From: Mustelus asterias
Lineage: Eukaryota
Direction: 5' to 3'
Length of the DNA stretch: 64,000 nt
Assembly (NCBI RefSeq): GCF_964213995.1
Contig: NW_027590185.1
Location: 186,001 to 250,000 of the forward strand
In this document: positions 35,660 to 48,959 of the stretch, piece by piece
How the letters are laid out: each line of letters begins with the position of its first letter
Position numbering within the stretch: the first letter of the stretch is position 1
Notes under the pieces: generated by a model
Database searches by the model: none
Told to the model about the DNA's origin: nothing
Seen by the model: the letters and a program-made list of their open reading frames with translations, nothing else
Made by a program: the position numbers and the translations under genes

Positions 35660-36850
35660 GGGAGTGGATAGCCTCGTGGTATTATCGCTAGACTATTAAT
35701 CCAGAAACTCAGCTGATGTTCTGGGGACCCAGGTTTGAACCCTGCCACAGCAGATGGTGGAATTTGAATTTAAATACAAAATCTAGAATTAAGAATCTAC
35801 TGATGACCATGAAACCATTGTCGATTGACCAAAAAACCCATCTGGTTCATTAATGTGCTTTAGGGAAGGAAATCTGCCATCCTTACCCAGTCTGGCCTAC
35901 ATGTGACTCCAGAGCCACAGCAATGTGGTTGACTCTCAAACAGCTTCTGAAATGGCCGAGCGAGTGTAAGGGAAATTGTACTGGATATTGTATGAGTTTA
36001 GTATGGAATCCAGATTCATAGGTCTTAGTGAAATGATAAAGTAGATTTAGGTCTTAGTGAAGTGATAAAGCAGATTTAGGTGAGTAGTGAGATGGGTATG
36101 TAACCAATGTAACCTAAAGTAACTTCGTGTGACCTAATGTGATCAAGTATAGATGACATGCTCAAGGCAGAGGAAACAGGGAAGTAAATGGCAGTCACTG
36201 ATTAGCAAAAGCAGACAATAGTCACTTAAGAAAACAATGAATACTGCTCAGTGGTCTAACTTAATGTTGGACCATAAAAGTCAGCAAAGAGGATGTCTTT
36301 TCTAACACATTCGGCCTAAGTCAGCAAAGAGGATGTTTTTTTCTAACACATTCGGCCTAAGTCAGCAAAAACTACGATTATTGTGCAAGCAGACAGTTGA
36401 GGTAAGGGCAGAGATATAACCACCATGGTTTAAGAAACAAAGAAATGTAACAGGGAGCGACAAATCGCGAATAAAACGGATAAAGGGTCAACTAAAAACA
36501 ATGGTGGCCAAAGAAACAAGGTCAGGCTGTAAAGTAAGATAAGAAACAAGGACAGGATGTAAAAGTGAGATAAGAATCCTGAGATATGAAGCTGAAATGT
36601 ATTTAAAGACTGAAAGCCTGAGGGCTCTTTGGATTGCTCCGGAGATCCCGACTTTATTCTGCTTGTGCTGCGAAATAAAGTCTATTGCTTGAAAGATCAC
36701 TGCTCAGACTCTCTGTTTTAATCGATGTGAATAAATTGTCGTCCTGGGGAACCACGACACGAGCCATTCAGTTCAAGGGCAATTAGGGATGGGCAATAAA
36801 TGCTGGCCCAGCCGGCAATGCCCGTGTCCCAAGGATGAATAAAAAAAACA
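35660..36850 (+). mobile_element. Second-family SINE split by a solo LTR
   Basis: tRNA-like head (B-box-like ggtttgaaccc) to 35964; resumes at 36760 with tail gggcaattagggatgggcaataaatgctggcc...gaataaaaaaaa. Confidence 0.75.
35965..36759 (+). mobile_element. Solo LTR, 795 bp, 4-bp TSD
   Basis: TGT...ACA termini; TSD CGAG at 35961-35964 and 36760-36763; AATAAA near the 3' end; cleanly interrupts a SINE. Confidence 0.85.
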
Positions 36851-37164
36851 TCAGACACGTCTCTGTCCTGTATTAGTTTACTGTCCCCTTTAATATATTT
36901 CAGAAATTAGATGGGCACATGAAGGAAATAAAGTTGCAGGGGAAAGGGAATATAGAAAGGGAATGGGACTGACTGGATTGTTCTACAGAGAGTCGGCATG
37001 GATTCGAGTTACTGAATGGACTCCTTCTGCGCCGTAATGACTCGATGAGTGAAAATATATAACATAGCTTCAGTGCTACATTATAAAACGAGAATTAATA
37101 ATAAACGTACTTTGTTACAGAACCATAAATATTATACCAAATCTACAATATAACAACACAAGGC

Positions 37165-38320
37165 ATATCTCTGTCCTATATTAATTTATTGTCCTTTTAA
37201 ATGCCAGCCATCACCTGGGGAAACCAGCCCTTTAATTGTGAACATTAGGAAAGGGACCTTTTAGCCAGACAAATCAATGAGTCAAGCTGAGAGAGCAAAG
37301 GATGTCAATGTCTTTAAGAGAAAGAGAAACCTGGGCCAACCTTTCCAGAGTCTGCAGCCTCCCTGGATTCACTCCGTTTCCCTTCAGTTGCTGCAAGTCC
37401 CCAATTTCCCCCAGAATGAGAAAAGAACTGGAAAGGGAGAGAAAAGAAAGTGTTTTACTCACAGATGTTGAAGACAGAAGGAAGTTTGAGTCTGTCTGAA
37501 GCTCAATCTTCATTCAGAGTGAGAGCAGCAGCAGCTTTGCTGGGCAGGAATGAGCAGCCGAACAAGCTCATTGTCCACTTCCGCATTCAGACAATGGGGG
37601 AGCTCTGATTGGCTGGAGGACCAGAGAACGTCCGGTCCTCCAACTTTCCATTGGCCAACACCTCAGCAGCAGGTCAAAAGGTTGGCTCCCCCCCGCACAT
37701 GCACATCTTCCCCTCTCCCTTGGAAATGCGCAGTCCTGGGCCGAGGGAGGGGGCGATCAATACGCGGCTTCTCGCTCTGGCCGGAGCCGTCAGCCGGTTG
37801 CCTGGAAACCGTGGCTGGAAGAGGTGGAGGGGGAGGGGGAACAATGGGTGGGGGCGGGGCTCCCGGGTCCGCGCGCCCGGGCCTGCGCACCGGAGACGTC
37901 ATCGCGGAGCAGAATGATTCCTATTGGCTGATTTAGGCAGAGCTCTATTATGGACGTCACAATGCGGAAGTTGTCCAAACTCCCTCCTTTGGGCAACATC
38001 TGGGAGGAAATCAATGTTTCCCCCTTTCCATTTCTTTTCTCATTCTGGGGGAAATTGGGGACTTGCAGCAACTGAAGGGAAAGGAAGTGAATCCAGGGAG
38101 GCTGCAGACTCTGGAAAGGTTACAGATGAAGACCGGATTCAGGAACAGGACTAGGCCCAGGTATATTTTTGTTTCTCTCTCAAAGACATTGACATCTTTT
38201 AGTTCCCTCAGTTTATCTGGCTAATAGGGTAGCCTCTTACCCAATGTTCACAATTCAGTTTTCCCAGAAGAGGGCTAACATTTAAATGAACAGTAAATTT
38301 GTATGGGAGAGAGATATGTT
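37165..38320. promoter_or_regulatory. Second copy of the mirror-armed CpG promoter cassette; exon 1 of ZNF-E on - strand
   Basis: Direct paralog of 13200-13930; donor GTGAGT (-) at 37462-37457; CCAAT boxes, GC box, GACGTCA, CGGAAG. Confidence 0.7.
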
Positions 38321-38456
38321 ATTTATGATCCCATATTTTTTGTCTTGAAATATACAGCAGTGTGGCTGCTTTATCAATTTCCAGTGATGCAGAGATTACA
38401 ACATAGAAGGAAATGCATTTGGCAACTTAAATCCATGCTAACTCTCCATGGTAGCC

Positions 38457-38623
38457 ATGATGTGGAGATGCCGGCATTGGACTGGGTTGGGCATAGTAAG
38501 AAGTCTCACAACACCAGGTTAAAGTCCATCAGGTGAGTGACCTGAGGAAGGAGCAGTGCTCCAAAAGCTCGTGATTCCAAATAAACCTGTTGGACTTTAA
38601 CCTAGTGTTGTGAGACTTACTGT
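38457..38623. mobile_element. Short inverted Penelope-like terminal insertion with degenerate hammerhead
   Basis: atgatgtggagatgccgg...; CTGAGGA-aggagc-agt-gctcc-AAAA (GAAA mutated); degraded TSD actctc..tgg.agc. Confidence 0.7.
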
Positions 38624-39239
38624 ACTCTCTGTGGAGCAATTTGGTCAGTTCCATTCCCTTGAGCTCCACGTCACATTGGAATGGATGAGAGTTCCAGATG
38701 AAGTGAGACTGGGGTGGAGTCGGGCGATGTCACTGAGATGGGAATAGGCGATTTTGATGATGTTGTGGATATGTGGTTGGAAGCTCATCTTGGGGTGAAA
38801 TATTTCACCATGGTTGTGAACAGTTTGGTTCAGCCTCAGACAGTTACCAGGAAGATAGAGTTGCTGGTGAGGGAGTGGAGTTTGCAGTGGGGACTGAAGA
38901 CAATGGGTTCAGTCTTCCCAGTATTTATATGAAAGAAGTTTCAGTTATTTTAGTACTGGATTTCAGACAAGTCAGGATTGTGTGCGAGTTGTGGGGGGAG
39001 AAACTCGGAGGTGATGGCGTTCACATCTACCTGCTACCTCGGTCCTTCTAGGTGGTGGAGGTTGAGGATTTGGGAGATTCTGTCAAAGTTCCCATTGAGT
39101 TCTAGATGTATAAAATCCCTCTCCTTCACCCCGGCCCCTTCTACTTCTCTCTGTCTCCACTTGAGACCAGGTGCCAGATTTCCTTTCTTGACAGACATCA
39201 GCATAACACTTGGGTTTTTATGATAATCCAGCAGCTTTC

Positions 39240-39480
39240 CTCTGTGTGGGTTTCCTCCAGGTGCTCAGGTTTTCTCCCACAGTCCAGAGATGTGCAGATT
39301 AAGTGGGTTAGCCATTTCCCTTAGTGTCCCAAGACATGTAGGTTAGATGGATTAGCCATGGTAAATGTGTGAGGGTATGGGGATAGGGTGGGAGAGAGGC
39401 TCTGGGTAAGATACTATGTGAGAGAATTGGTGCGACCCATGGGTTGAATGTCCTCCTTCTGCACTGTAGGGACTCTATGA
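39240..39480 (+). mobile_element. HE1-type SINE, 5'-truncated
   Basis: V-domain plus tail ending ctctatga. Confidence 0.7.
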
Positions 39481-39482
39481 TA

Positions 39483-40545
39483 ATGTGGGAAAATGTGAAA
39501 CTGTTCATTTTAGAAGGGAGATCAGGGGAGTATTATTTAAATGGGGGAAAATTCTGTAAAGCTGCAACACAACAGGACTTGGGGGACTTCTGCACAAAAC
39601 ACAGAAACCGTCAGTGTACCCGAACAAAACACAGAAACCTAGCACACAGGTGCAGTTGGTAATCAGGAAGCCTAATAGAATGTTGGCCCTTATTTCAAGT
39701 AAAGTAAAGTTTATTCATTTGTCACAAGTAGGCTTACATTAACAATGCAATGAAGATACAGTGAAAATCCCCTAGTCGCCACACTCTGGCACCTGTTCAG
39801 GTACACTGAGGGAGAATTTAGCATGATCAGTTCACCTAACCTGCATATCTTTGGACTGTGGGAGGAAACTGGAACACCCGGAGGGAACCCACGCAGACAC
39901 AGGGAGAATGTACAAACTCCACACAGACAGTGACCCAAGCCGGGAATCGAACCCGTGTCTCTGGCGCTGTGAAGCAGCAGTGCTAACTGCAGTGCCACCG
40001 TGGTTGGAGTATATGAGTAGGGAAGTCTTGCTGCAACTGTACAAGGTACTGGCGAGACTATATCTGGAGGACTGTGAGCAGTTTTGGTCTCCTTATTTAA
40101 GGAAAAATATTATTTCATTGGAGGCAGTTTACAGTAGATTCACTTGGATTATCCCCGTTATGGAGGGATTGTTTTATGAGGAAAGGTTAAACAGGTTGGG
40201 CCTCTCCTCATTGGAATTTAGAAGAATGAGGGGTGATCTCATTGAAGCATATTGGATTCTTAAGGGACTTGACAAGGTAAATGCTGAGTGGATGTTTCCT
40301 CTCATGGGAGAGTCTGGGACCAGAGGGCACAGTCTCAGAATAAAAGGTGCCAATTTAAGACTGAGATCAGGAGCAATTTCTTCTCCCAGAGGGTTGAGAG
40401 TCTTTGCAACTCCTTGCCACAGAGAGCTGTGGGGGCAAAGCCCTTGTGTATATTTTTGAACAGTAAGGAAATCAAGGGTTACGGGAAAAGGGCAAGAAAG
40501 TGGACATGAGGAATGTCAGATCAGTCATGATCCTATTGAATGGGT
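39483..40545 (+). mobile_element. CR1 3' portion interrupted by a SINE
   Basis: EY.SREVLLQLYKVL.R..LE.C.QFWSPYLRK, RMRGDLIE. Confidence 0.8.
39697..40001 (-). mobile_element. V-SINE with alternative tail
   Basis: HE1-like head and V-domain joined to tail gtggcgactaggggattttcac...gtaagcctacttgtgac..(aaacttt). Confidence 0.8.
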
Positions 40546-40738
40546 GACATTCAATCCCTTCCCTGCAGGACATCAGTGAATCACTTGGGTTTTTATGACA
40601 CTCCAGAATTTTCATGGTCACTTTTTCCTGGTGCCGGCCCCAGAAATTACCAGATTCATTCAGCTCAATTTCACAACCTGCCTTTGTGTTTTTGTGGGTT
40701 CTCTCTCACTTTTTTTTCTTTTAAATTCAGTGTCACAG

Positions 40739-41392
<654 letters not shown>

Positions 41393-41549
41393 AGTTGAAA
41401 AAAATTACAAGTAAATCACTATTTGCTACAGACCAAAGAAAGATACTTTATTAGAAGAGTAAGGGTCACAAGGTAAAACAAGCCAAGTTCCAGAATATTA
41501 AACATCCAGTCCAGTTATAGAGATTATAAACATCAACAGAAACAAACCC

Positions 41550-41740
41550 AAACTATCAGAATGAACAGAGTTCAGTCTTGGATGTCATTAACAGCAGCAA
41601 CAACAGCAGAATCCAAGCCCAGTAATCACTGCTGAACTCGCCGGTGTGTCAGCTGATTGGATGATCGATTGTATCTTTCTCACATGTGGAGCAGGAGTCT
41701 GGTCTCTCCCCAGTCTGAACTCGCTGGTGTGTGTCTTGGA
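41550..41740 (-). pseudogene. ZNF 3'-end fragment
   Basis: HQRVQTGERP..CSTCEK relic plus the family 3' UTR motif gattctgctgtt..tgctgctgttaat. Confidence 0.55.
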
Positions 41741-42206
41741 GGTGATGGTTTTCCCAGGCACCGGCTGCTCTTATCTTTCTGTGGGTGGAGTTATGGGTTT
41801 GGGAGATTCTTTCAAAATTCAAATTCAGTTGCAGATCTATGAAGTTCATCTCTTCTACCCTCTCCTCCCATAGAAGCCAGAGTCTTGTGTAAGCCCCGAC
41901 TGGGTGGCAGGTTCCCTTCCCTAAAGGACATTAGTGAACCAGTTGGGTTTTTATGAGAAACCAGCAGTTTTCAGGGTCACTTTTTCCGAGCGCTGGCCCC
42001 ACAAATTACAAGATTAATTTTGCTCAATTTCACAACCTGCCTTTGTGTTTTTCTGGGTTCTCTTTTACATTTCCTTGATTCTGTCTTAAATTCATTTTAC
42101 AGAATGTTTGAAATGTTCACGATCAGGAAAGTCAAACCAAACATCACATCAAAATCTGACAGAGTCACTCGATTCATCAGGACTTGAATATCATCGGCCT
42201 TTGAAC

Positions 42207-43076
42207 ATGGAAGCAAAAAGCACTGTTCACACCAGGGAGAAACCGTGGAAATGTGTGGACTGTGGGAAGGGATTCAGATCCCCATCTGAGCTGGAAATTC
42301 ATCGACGCAGACACACCGGGGAGAGGCCGTTCATTTGTTCCGTATGTGGGAAGAGATTCGCTCAGTTCATCTGCCTTCAGCTGCATGAGCGACTCCACAC
42401 CGGGGAGAGGCCGTTCACCTGCTCGGAGTGTGGAAACGGATTCACTCGCTCATCCCACCTGCTGAAACACCAGCAAGTTCACACTGACAAGAGAGAGTTT
42501 CAATGCTCCAATTGTGAGAAGAGCTTTAAAAGCCCACACGGACTGAGGGAGCACCAGCGCATTCACACCGAGTACACACTGTTCAGCTGCTCTAAGTGTG
42601 GGAAGAGTTTCAGGACAGCAACCCACCTTCAGACACACCAACGAGTTCACACTGACAAGAGACCTTTTAAATGTCCAGAGTGTGGGAAGTGCTTTAAAAG
42701 TTCTGGTGAACTGATGTCCCATCAGCGAGTTCACACTGAGGAGAGACCGTTCAAGTGCTCTCACTGTGGGACTGGGTTCAGGCGATCATCTCATCTCACT
42801 GTACATCAGCGAGTTCACACTGGGGAGAAGCCATTCATCTGCTCCAAGTGTGGGAGGGGATTCGCTCAGTCCTCCAACCTGCTGACGCACCAACAAATTC
42901 ACACTGAGGTGAGGCCGTTCACCTGCTCCGAGTGTGGAAAGGGATTTGCACGATCATCCCACCTGCTGACACACCAGCGCATTCACACTGGGGAGAGGCC
43001 GTTCACCTGCTCCGAGTGCGGGAAGAGATTTACCGAATCATCCAATCTGGTGAAACACCAGCGAGTTCACAGATGA
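42207..43076 (+). CDS. C2H2 zinc-finger protein, 10 fingers (ZNF-F)
   Basis: aacATGg start (MEAKSTVHTREKPWKC); frame open back to 42108; acceptor ttttacag| with exon starting at 42103. Confidence 0.9.
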   Translation: MEAKSTVHTREKPWKCVDCGKGFRSPSELEIHRRRHTGERPFICSVCGKRFAQFICLQLHERLHTGERPFTCSECGNGFTRSSHLLKHQQVHTDKREFQCSNCEKSFKSPHGLREHQRIHTEYTLFSCSKCGKSFRTATHLQTHQRVHTDKRPFKCPECGKCFKSSGELMSHQRVHTEERPFKCSHCGTGFRRSSHLTVHQRVHTGEKPFICSKCGRGFAQSSNLLTHQQIHTEVRPFTCSECGKGFARSSHLLTHQRIHTGERPFTCSECGKRFTESSNLVKHQRVHR

Positions 43077-45177
43077 CGGCTCTGCTCTGATTCTGCTGTT
43101 GTTAATCAGATTCAGGACTGAACCCTATTCATCATGACATTGGGGGAGTGTTGATGATGTTGCTGCAAAGTACAGTAACTGGGCTGGAGTCGACAGAATT
43201 TGCATTCATATAGCACCTTTCACAACCTCAGGACATCTCTGTGCGCAGTCAGCCTCCACAAGCAGCAATGTGATGAGGGGCAGTGACCTGTTTGCAGTGA
43301 GATTGGGTGAGGGGTAATATTGGTTTCAGCGGGGTAAACCACATCAACAATGTGATAATGAGCAGTGTTCTGTTTTTAGGGAGATTGGGTGAGGGGTAAT
43401 ATTGGTTTCAGCAGGGTGAGCTCCCTCCTCTCCTTCCAAATAGAAGCCGTGTGATCTTTCACCTCGGAGAGCAGACGGGACCTTCGGGTTAACATCCTCA
43501 TAGCAGTGAAGTGAAGAACCTTCATTCTGAGACTATTGAAGAATCAGCACTTAATCAATAGATGTACTTGTCAGACTGGTAATATAACCTGTAACACAAA
43601 GTCTGTAATGTTTTATTATAATAAATAATATGATTTTAAGTACACTGGTCATAAATCATGAGAACTGTCAAATTATGTTTTCCAGCCAATCTAGAAAGAT
43701 AAGGTCGAGCTCACAAAACATTTATGGCTTTGACAAGTTACATTAAGTTGGGAATAAATGGGACCTTACCCAAGCTGCCTCATTTATTCAGTAGACCTTT
43801 GTACTCAGACATCAGGAGATGCTAGTAGGTGTCAGGGGCCAATCAGACAATTAAGTTAATCAATTATCATTCAACACTGAGGCTAATTTGAGTTAAGTAA
43901 ATGTGAGTTGAAGGGGTTAAAATAAAGGTTTTGAGTCGCCAATCTGTTAACATGTCCTTGTCTGATGATCATTTCATGTCTTTGGCCTGATCGACCGAGG
44001 AAAGTTGTGAGAAGTCTGTTTCATTGTTAAAGATGAGCTTTCTCCTCCTCCTCTCCATCACTGTTAATTCAAACTTTGCTTTTTATCTTTCTAACTTGTT
44101 ACCTTTTTACCTTCTTAATGGTTAATAAATCTTCTGAATTTACCAATTAGAATGTTCATTCTGGCCAGATAGTTAAATATTGTAGATTTAATTTAAAATT
44201 GGGGATTTATTGCAAACAACTTCTACCTGATAAATCAACTTCAAAGTATAAATGCTGCCTGGATTTGGTGTCTTGGTGTAAATGGTCCCTGGATTTGGTT
44301 TCTCAGTCCATGTGGGCCCCGCACTGCTTTCAACCCAACTGTCTGTCTCAGATCTTTCATTGATTTCAATTGAATGGAAACTGGGAGTTGGGACCTGTCA
44401 ACATTTGAAATATATTTACAAATGTTTGGAGGGTTTCTTACAGTTGGGACCTTTCTCTGTTCTGTCCACTCAAGATGTTGGGTAACAGACTTTCTCCTGT
44501 GAATATCCAGCTGGAGTTTTGGGCCCTGATGTGTTTCCTTGTTCATCTTGTTGACTCTAAATATTGAATCTTATGGTTTCATACATCAGATAATCAAACT
44601 CCCAACACCAGATTGTCTTTAACTGACTTTATTACAGCACTGCAATAATAGACAGAATATAGTTACTTGTCCTGCAGAACAGAGGTAATACCCTAGATTC
44701 AGAGCTCTCTATCCTGAGCAAGCTATTCAGTTGTGTCAAATTGCTACAGAAGAGTCAATGATAAAACCAGACTGACCACCCTGCATTGACCTAGGTTCCA
44801 GAAATGATAAAAGCACACTGTTCCCAAGTTAATCCTGCAAAGAATTCCTGGCTAACAGCTGGGGGCTTGTGCCAAAGTTGGCAGAGATTTTCTGAAAGAC
44901 GTGGGTTCACCTCAACTTAAATGTAAGACTTAAAGTCAATTACAATTGTTGGGTTTAGTTGGGAGAGCTGATCTAAAAGGGACTTTCATTTACAACTAGC
45001 TACAGGACCATACTGGGTGCAAATATTGTTACAAGCTTTACAGAATTTACTAAGTTAATCACATAAGTACAAAATGCAAAACTTAACAAAGGCAGTGGAA
45101 GCAGTCAGTTCACTTTGTAACGCTGGCTCACAACTTCCAGCCAACTGCGGTATTGTTTCTTGTTCTGTTGACTATCT

Positions 45178-45374
45178 TCATAGAAATCATAGAAACCCTA
45201 CAGTACAGAAAGAGGCCATTCGGCCCATCGGGTCTGCACCGACCACAATCCCACCCAGGCCCTACCCCCATATCCCTACATATTTTACCCACTAATCCCT
45301 CTAACCTACACATCTCAGGACACTAGGGGCAATTTTTAGCATGGCCAATCAATCTAACCTGCACATCTTTGGAC
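45178..45374 (-). mobile_element. HE1-type SINE 3' half
   Basis: Tail matches that of 25091-25280. Confidence 0.85.
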
Positions 45375-46647
45375 GTACTCTTCTTCCTACTCCGCTTCTC
45401 TGAGCTGTGAACTGGGCAGCTGAAAGCTGATGGTTATTAACCCTTTCTAGACACAGCCCCTGTGCACGATCAATGGTGTTCCTGAACTCTGGTTCACCAT
45501 GATCAGTCCCTGATTGATGTCGGTGGTGTGTAATCAGTTTCTGATTGGTTTCTTAATGGTGATGGTCATCTACCGATCATTTCCTGCAACCTCCCGACTG
45601 GCCCTCTAATGTATCAGTTACTTCCGGAGTTTGCCCCATATGCCTTTTCTGTGATTTCATTAAATTGTATGGCTTTACACTGAGATAATGGAGGCCTAAA
45701 GATATCTTCTTTGTCACTTATTTGAGAAAAGCAAGTTTATGGTGTCAAATCCTAATGGTTAACATTTGGGTTCATTGTCTCAAATGTCTAATTGATGTGT
45801 AGAAATCCTGTAGAGTTCTCATTGGGGCAGGTGACTCTCAGTATATTTTGGTTAAAGAAAGTGCTTGCTGGTTTTTGTAGTGGTTGCCAGAGCTTGGAAC
45901 ACAGTTAATTAAAAGGACACAAAGTGACACACAGCCTTAAACTAATACAGAAATTACAAAGTTACTTCAGATCTAAAATCCAAAGAAAGTGGGCATCAAA
46001 TCAGTGTGTAAAAGGTGAGATAGCAGGAAACACAAATACAGCATGATACATTCAATTGATAAATGTTCAAAACTAATGAGTCAGAATAACTACTGTGTGA
46101 TGAAAACTAAACTGAAACCTTTAATTTTTCAAACCAAAGATGGTTATAGCGTGTGAAGGAAAGTGATTGTTTCTTTTAAGATATTACAAGTTAAAAGTTT
46201 AAACTAATTTATGACACAGTGCTGAAGGTTTGAAACTTCACAGCTGGTTTCTTCACACAATATGGCCTCTAACTCAAGTATAACTGTTAATTAATGGCTG
46301 AGGGGTTAACAGTTCCAGACCTTAGCTCATCCAGAGTTGATGGGATCCACGGGACTCTGTAATTAAAGTATAAAAGTGTAGCTTTACACCAGCCTCGGGT
46401 CATGTGATGTATTTCACTTGTCAAATGAGAATGCAGTTACAGACAAAGCCAGTTACATGATACTAATATATTATAATTAAGCAGAATATCACATCAGGTT
46501 AATTGATTAATAAACTTCAATTACTTGATTATTACACATAACTAAGCTACAAACTATTAAACATGACCGTTCCTACAGTCAAACAGTCCAGTCAAGCAAC
46601 AGGCTGACACAGTCATACTTTGAATCATATCTTACTGCCAATGTCTC

Positions 46648-47810
46648 ACAGGAACAAGGAGCAGGATTCGGCTATTTGGCCCCTTGAGTCTGCTCCACCA
46701 TTTAATCAGATCAGGGCTGATCTGATAGTAACTTTAAATCTGCATCCTGCCTACCCCCAATAATCTATCACCCACTTGCTTGCCAAGAATCTATCTACAT
46801 CTGCCTTAAAAATATTCAAAGACTCTGCTTCCACCGCCTTTTCAGAAGAGCGTTCCAGAGGCTCACGACCCTCTGAAAGAAAATATTTCACCTCATCTCC
46901 GTTTTAAATGTGTGAACCCTTATTTTTAAACAGGGACCTCTAGCTCTAGATTCTCACACAAGATCCTTTCCACTACATCCTTTCCACATCAACCTGTCAA
47001 GACCCTTCTTGTTTCTTCTATGTTTCGATCAAATTTATCTTATTCTTCTAAACTCCAGCAGACACAAACCTAGCCTGTCCAAGCTTTACCCATAATCCAC
47101 ACATTTCTGGCATTAGTCTGGTCAATCGACTGCTTCCAATGTATTTACATCGTTGCTGAAACAAGATGACCAATACTGTACACCGTACTCCAGATGTGGT
47201 CTCACTGGTGCTCTGGATAACTGAAGCATAACCTCCATATTTATGTAATCAATTCCCCTCACAAATGATAGTTTTCCTAATTATTTGTTTTACCTGCTTA
47301 CGAGCTTTTTGTGATTCATGCAAAGAACAAAGAACAGCACAGGAACAGGCCCTTCGGCCAACGCTGATCACATTGTCCTATCGAGACCAACCGCTTATAT
47401 CCCTCTATTCCCCGGCTGTTCATGTGTTTATCAAGATAAATCTTAAATGTTGCTAACGTATCTGCCTCAACCACCTCACTTGGCAGTGCATTCCAGGCCC
47501 CCACCACCCTCTGTGTAAAAAACCTTCCCCCGCACATCTCCACTGAACCTTTCCCCCTTATCTTGAACTTGTGCCCTCTTGTAATTGTCATTTCTGCCCT
47601 GGGAAAAAGCTCCCAACTGTTCACCCTATCCACACCCCTCATAATTTTATAAACGTCTATCAGGTCGCGCCTCAGCCTCGGTCTTTCCAGGGAGAACAAT
47701 CCCAGTTTATTCAATCTCTAGAACACTCAGATCCCTCTGCATCTCAGAGCTCGACAATCTCTCACCATTTAGATAATCTGCTTGCCTTTTATTCTTCCTG
47801 CCAAAATGTG
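46648..47810 (-). mobile_element. CR1 3' portion with a nested second CR1 3' end (~47322-47717)
   Basis: LGLFSLERPRLRRDLIDVYKIMRG...FFTQRVVGAWNALP; outer copy has an RPHLEY.V.W-like motif. Confidence 0.82.
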
Positions 47811-47904
47811 CTGTCCTACCAGCAGTTCAGACCTGAGTAGAGGGAGCAGCACAGAGGTGTACAGTGCAAGTGAGTCTTCCTGGGAGTCCTCAACTTGAAA
47901 TTCT

Positions 47905-48258
47905 TTTTTATTCATTCGTGGGAAATGGGTATTGCTGGATGGCCAGCATTTATGGCCCAGCCCTTGTTGCCCTTGAACTGAGTGACTTGCGAAGCCATTT
48001 CAGAGGGAGTCACATGTAGGCCAGACCGGGTAAGGAGAGCAGATTTCCTTCCCTGAAGGGCATTAGTGAACCAGATGGGTTTTTTATGATAATCAACAAT
48101 GGTTTTATGGTCATCAATAAATTCTTAATTCCAGATTTTTTTCATTGAATTCAAATTCCACCAACTGATGTGGCAGGATTCGAAACCCGGTCCCCAAATC
48201 ATTAACTGAGTTTCTGGATTAATAGTTCAGCAATAATACCACCAAGTCATCACCTCCC
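47905..48258 (-). mobile_element. Second-family SINE
   Basis: Reverse complement of the 35660-36850 SINE without the LTR. Confidence 0.75.
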
Positions 48259-48959
48259 CTAGTTCAAGATGGAGTGTAGGAGAACAAGTCAGGAGCAGCA
48301 CTAGGCACCCTAAAACTGAGATTCCAATCTGGTGACTCTATAACACGGGACTATAAGCATGCTAAACAGCAGAAGCAGCATCTTCCAGGCAGGGCCAAGC
48401 GATCCCACAAACAACGGATCAGATCAAAGCTGCAGTCCCCCCACATCCAGTCGTGAATGGTGGGGGACAATTAAACAAATCACAGAGAGAGAAAGCTCCA
48501 CAAACATCACCATCCTCAATGACTGGGGAAAGAAGTGGATCAGTGCAAACAACTGTGATTTGTCTTTGGTGATCGCGGATGTGTTACTGATGCCTTCCAT
48601 GGATTCCAAGGCCAGGAAAGACACTCTGGAAGGTGTGGGGAGCTGGGACCTGCCCAGGAGAGTAACTGAAGGTCTGAGAACTGAAATAATCCAGAGTTAG
48701 AAAGGAGAAAAGGCCACAAAAATGCAGCAATTGGTAACAAGACATTGATTAATCTTTTCTTATCCTGGAGAAATGAAGGTCTCAGCTTTGTGTCTTAAAC
48801 AATATTAGTTAATTTGACATTTATCCAGAGTAATAAACTCCAGCCCAGTTATAGCGATCACTAACATCAGCAAAAACACACCCCAACTGTCAGAATGAAG
48901 ACTGTTCAGTCCTGGATGTGATTAACAGCAGCAATAACAGCAGAATCCAATTCCTCCAG

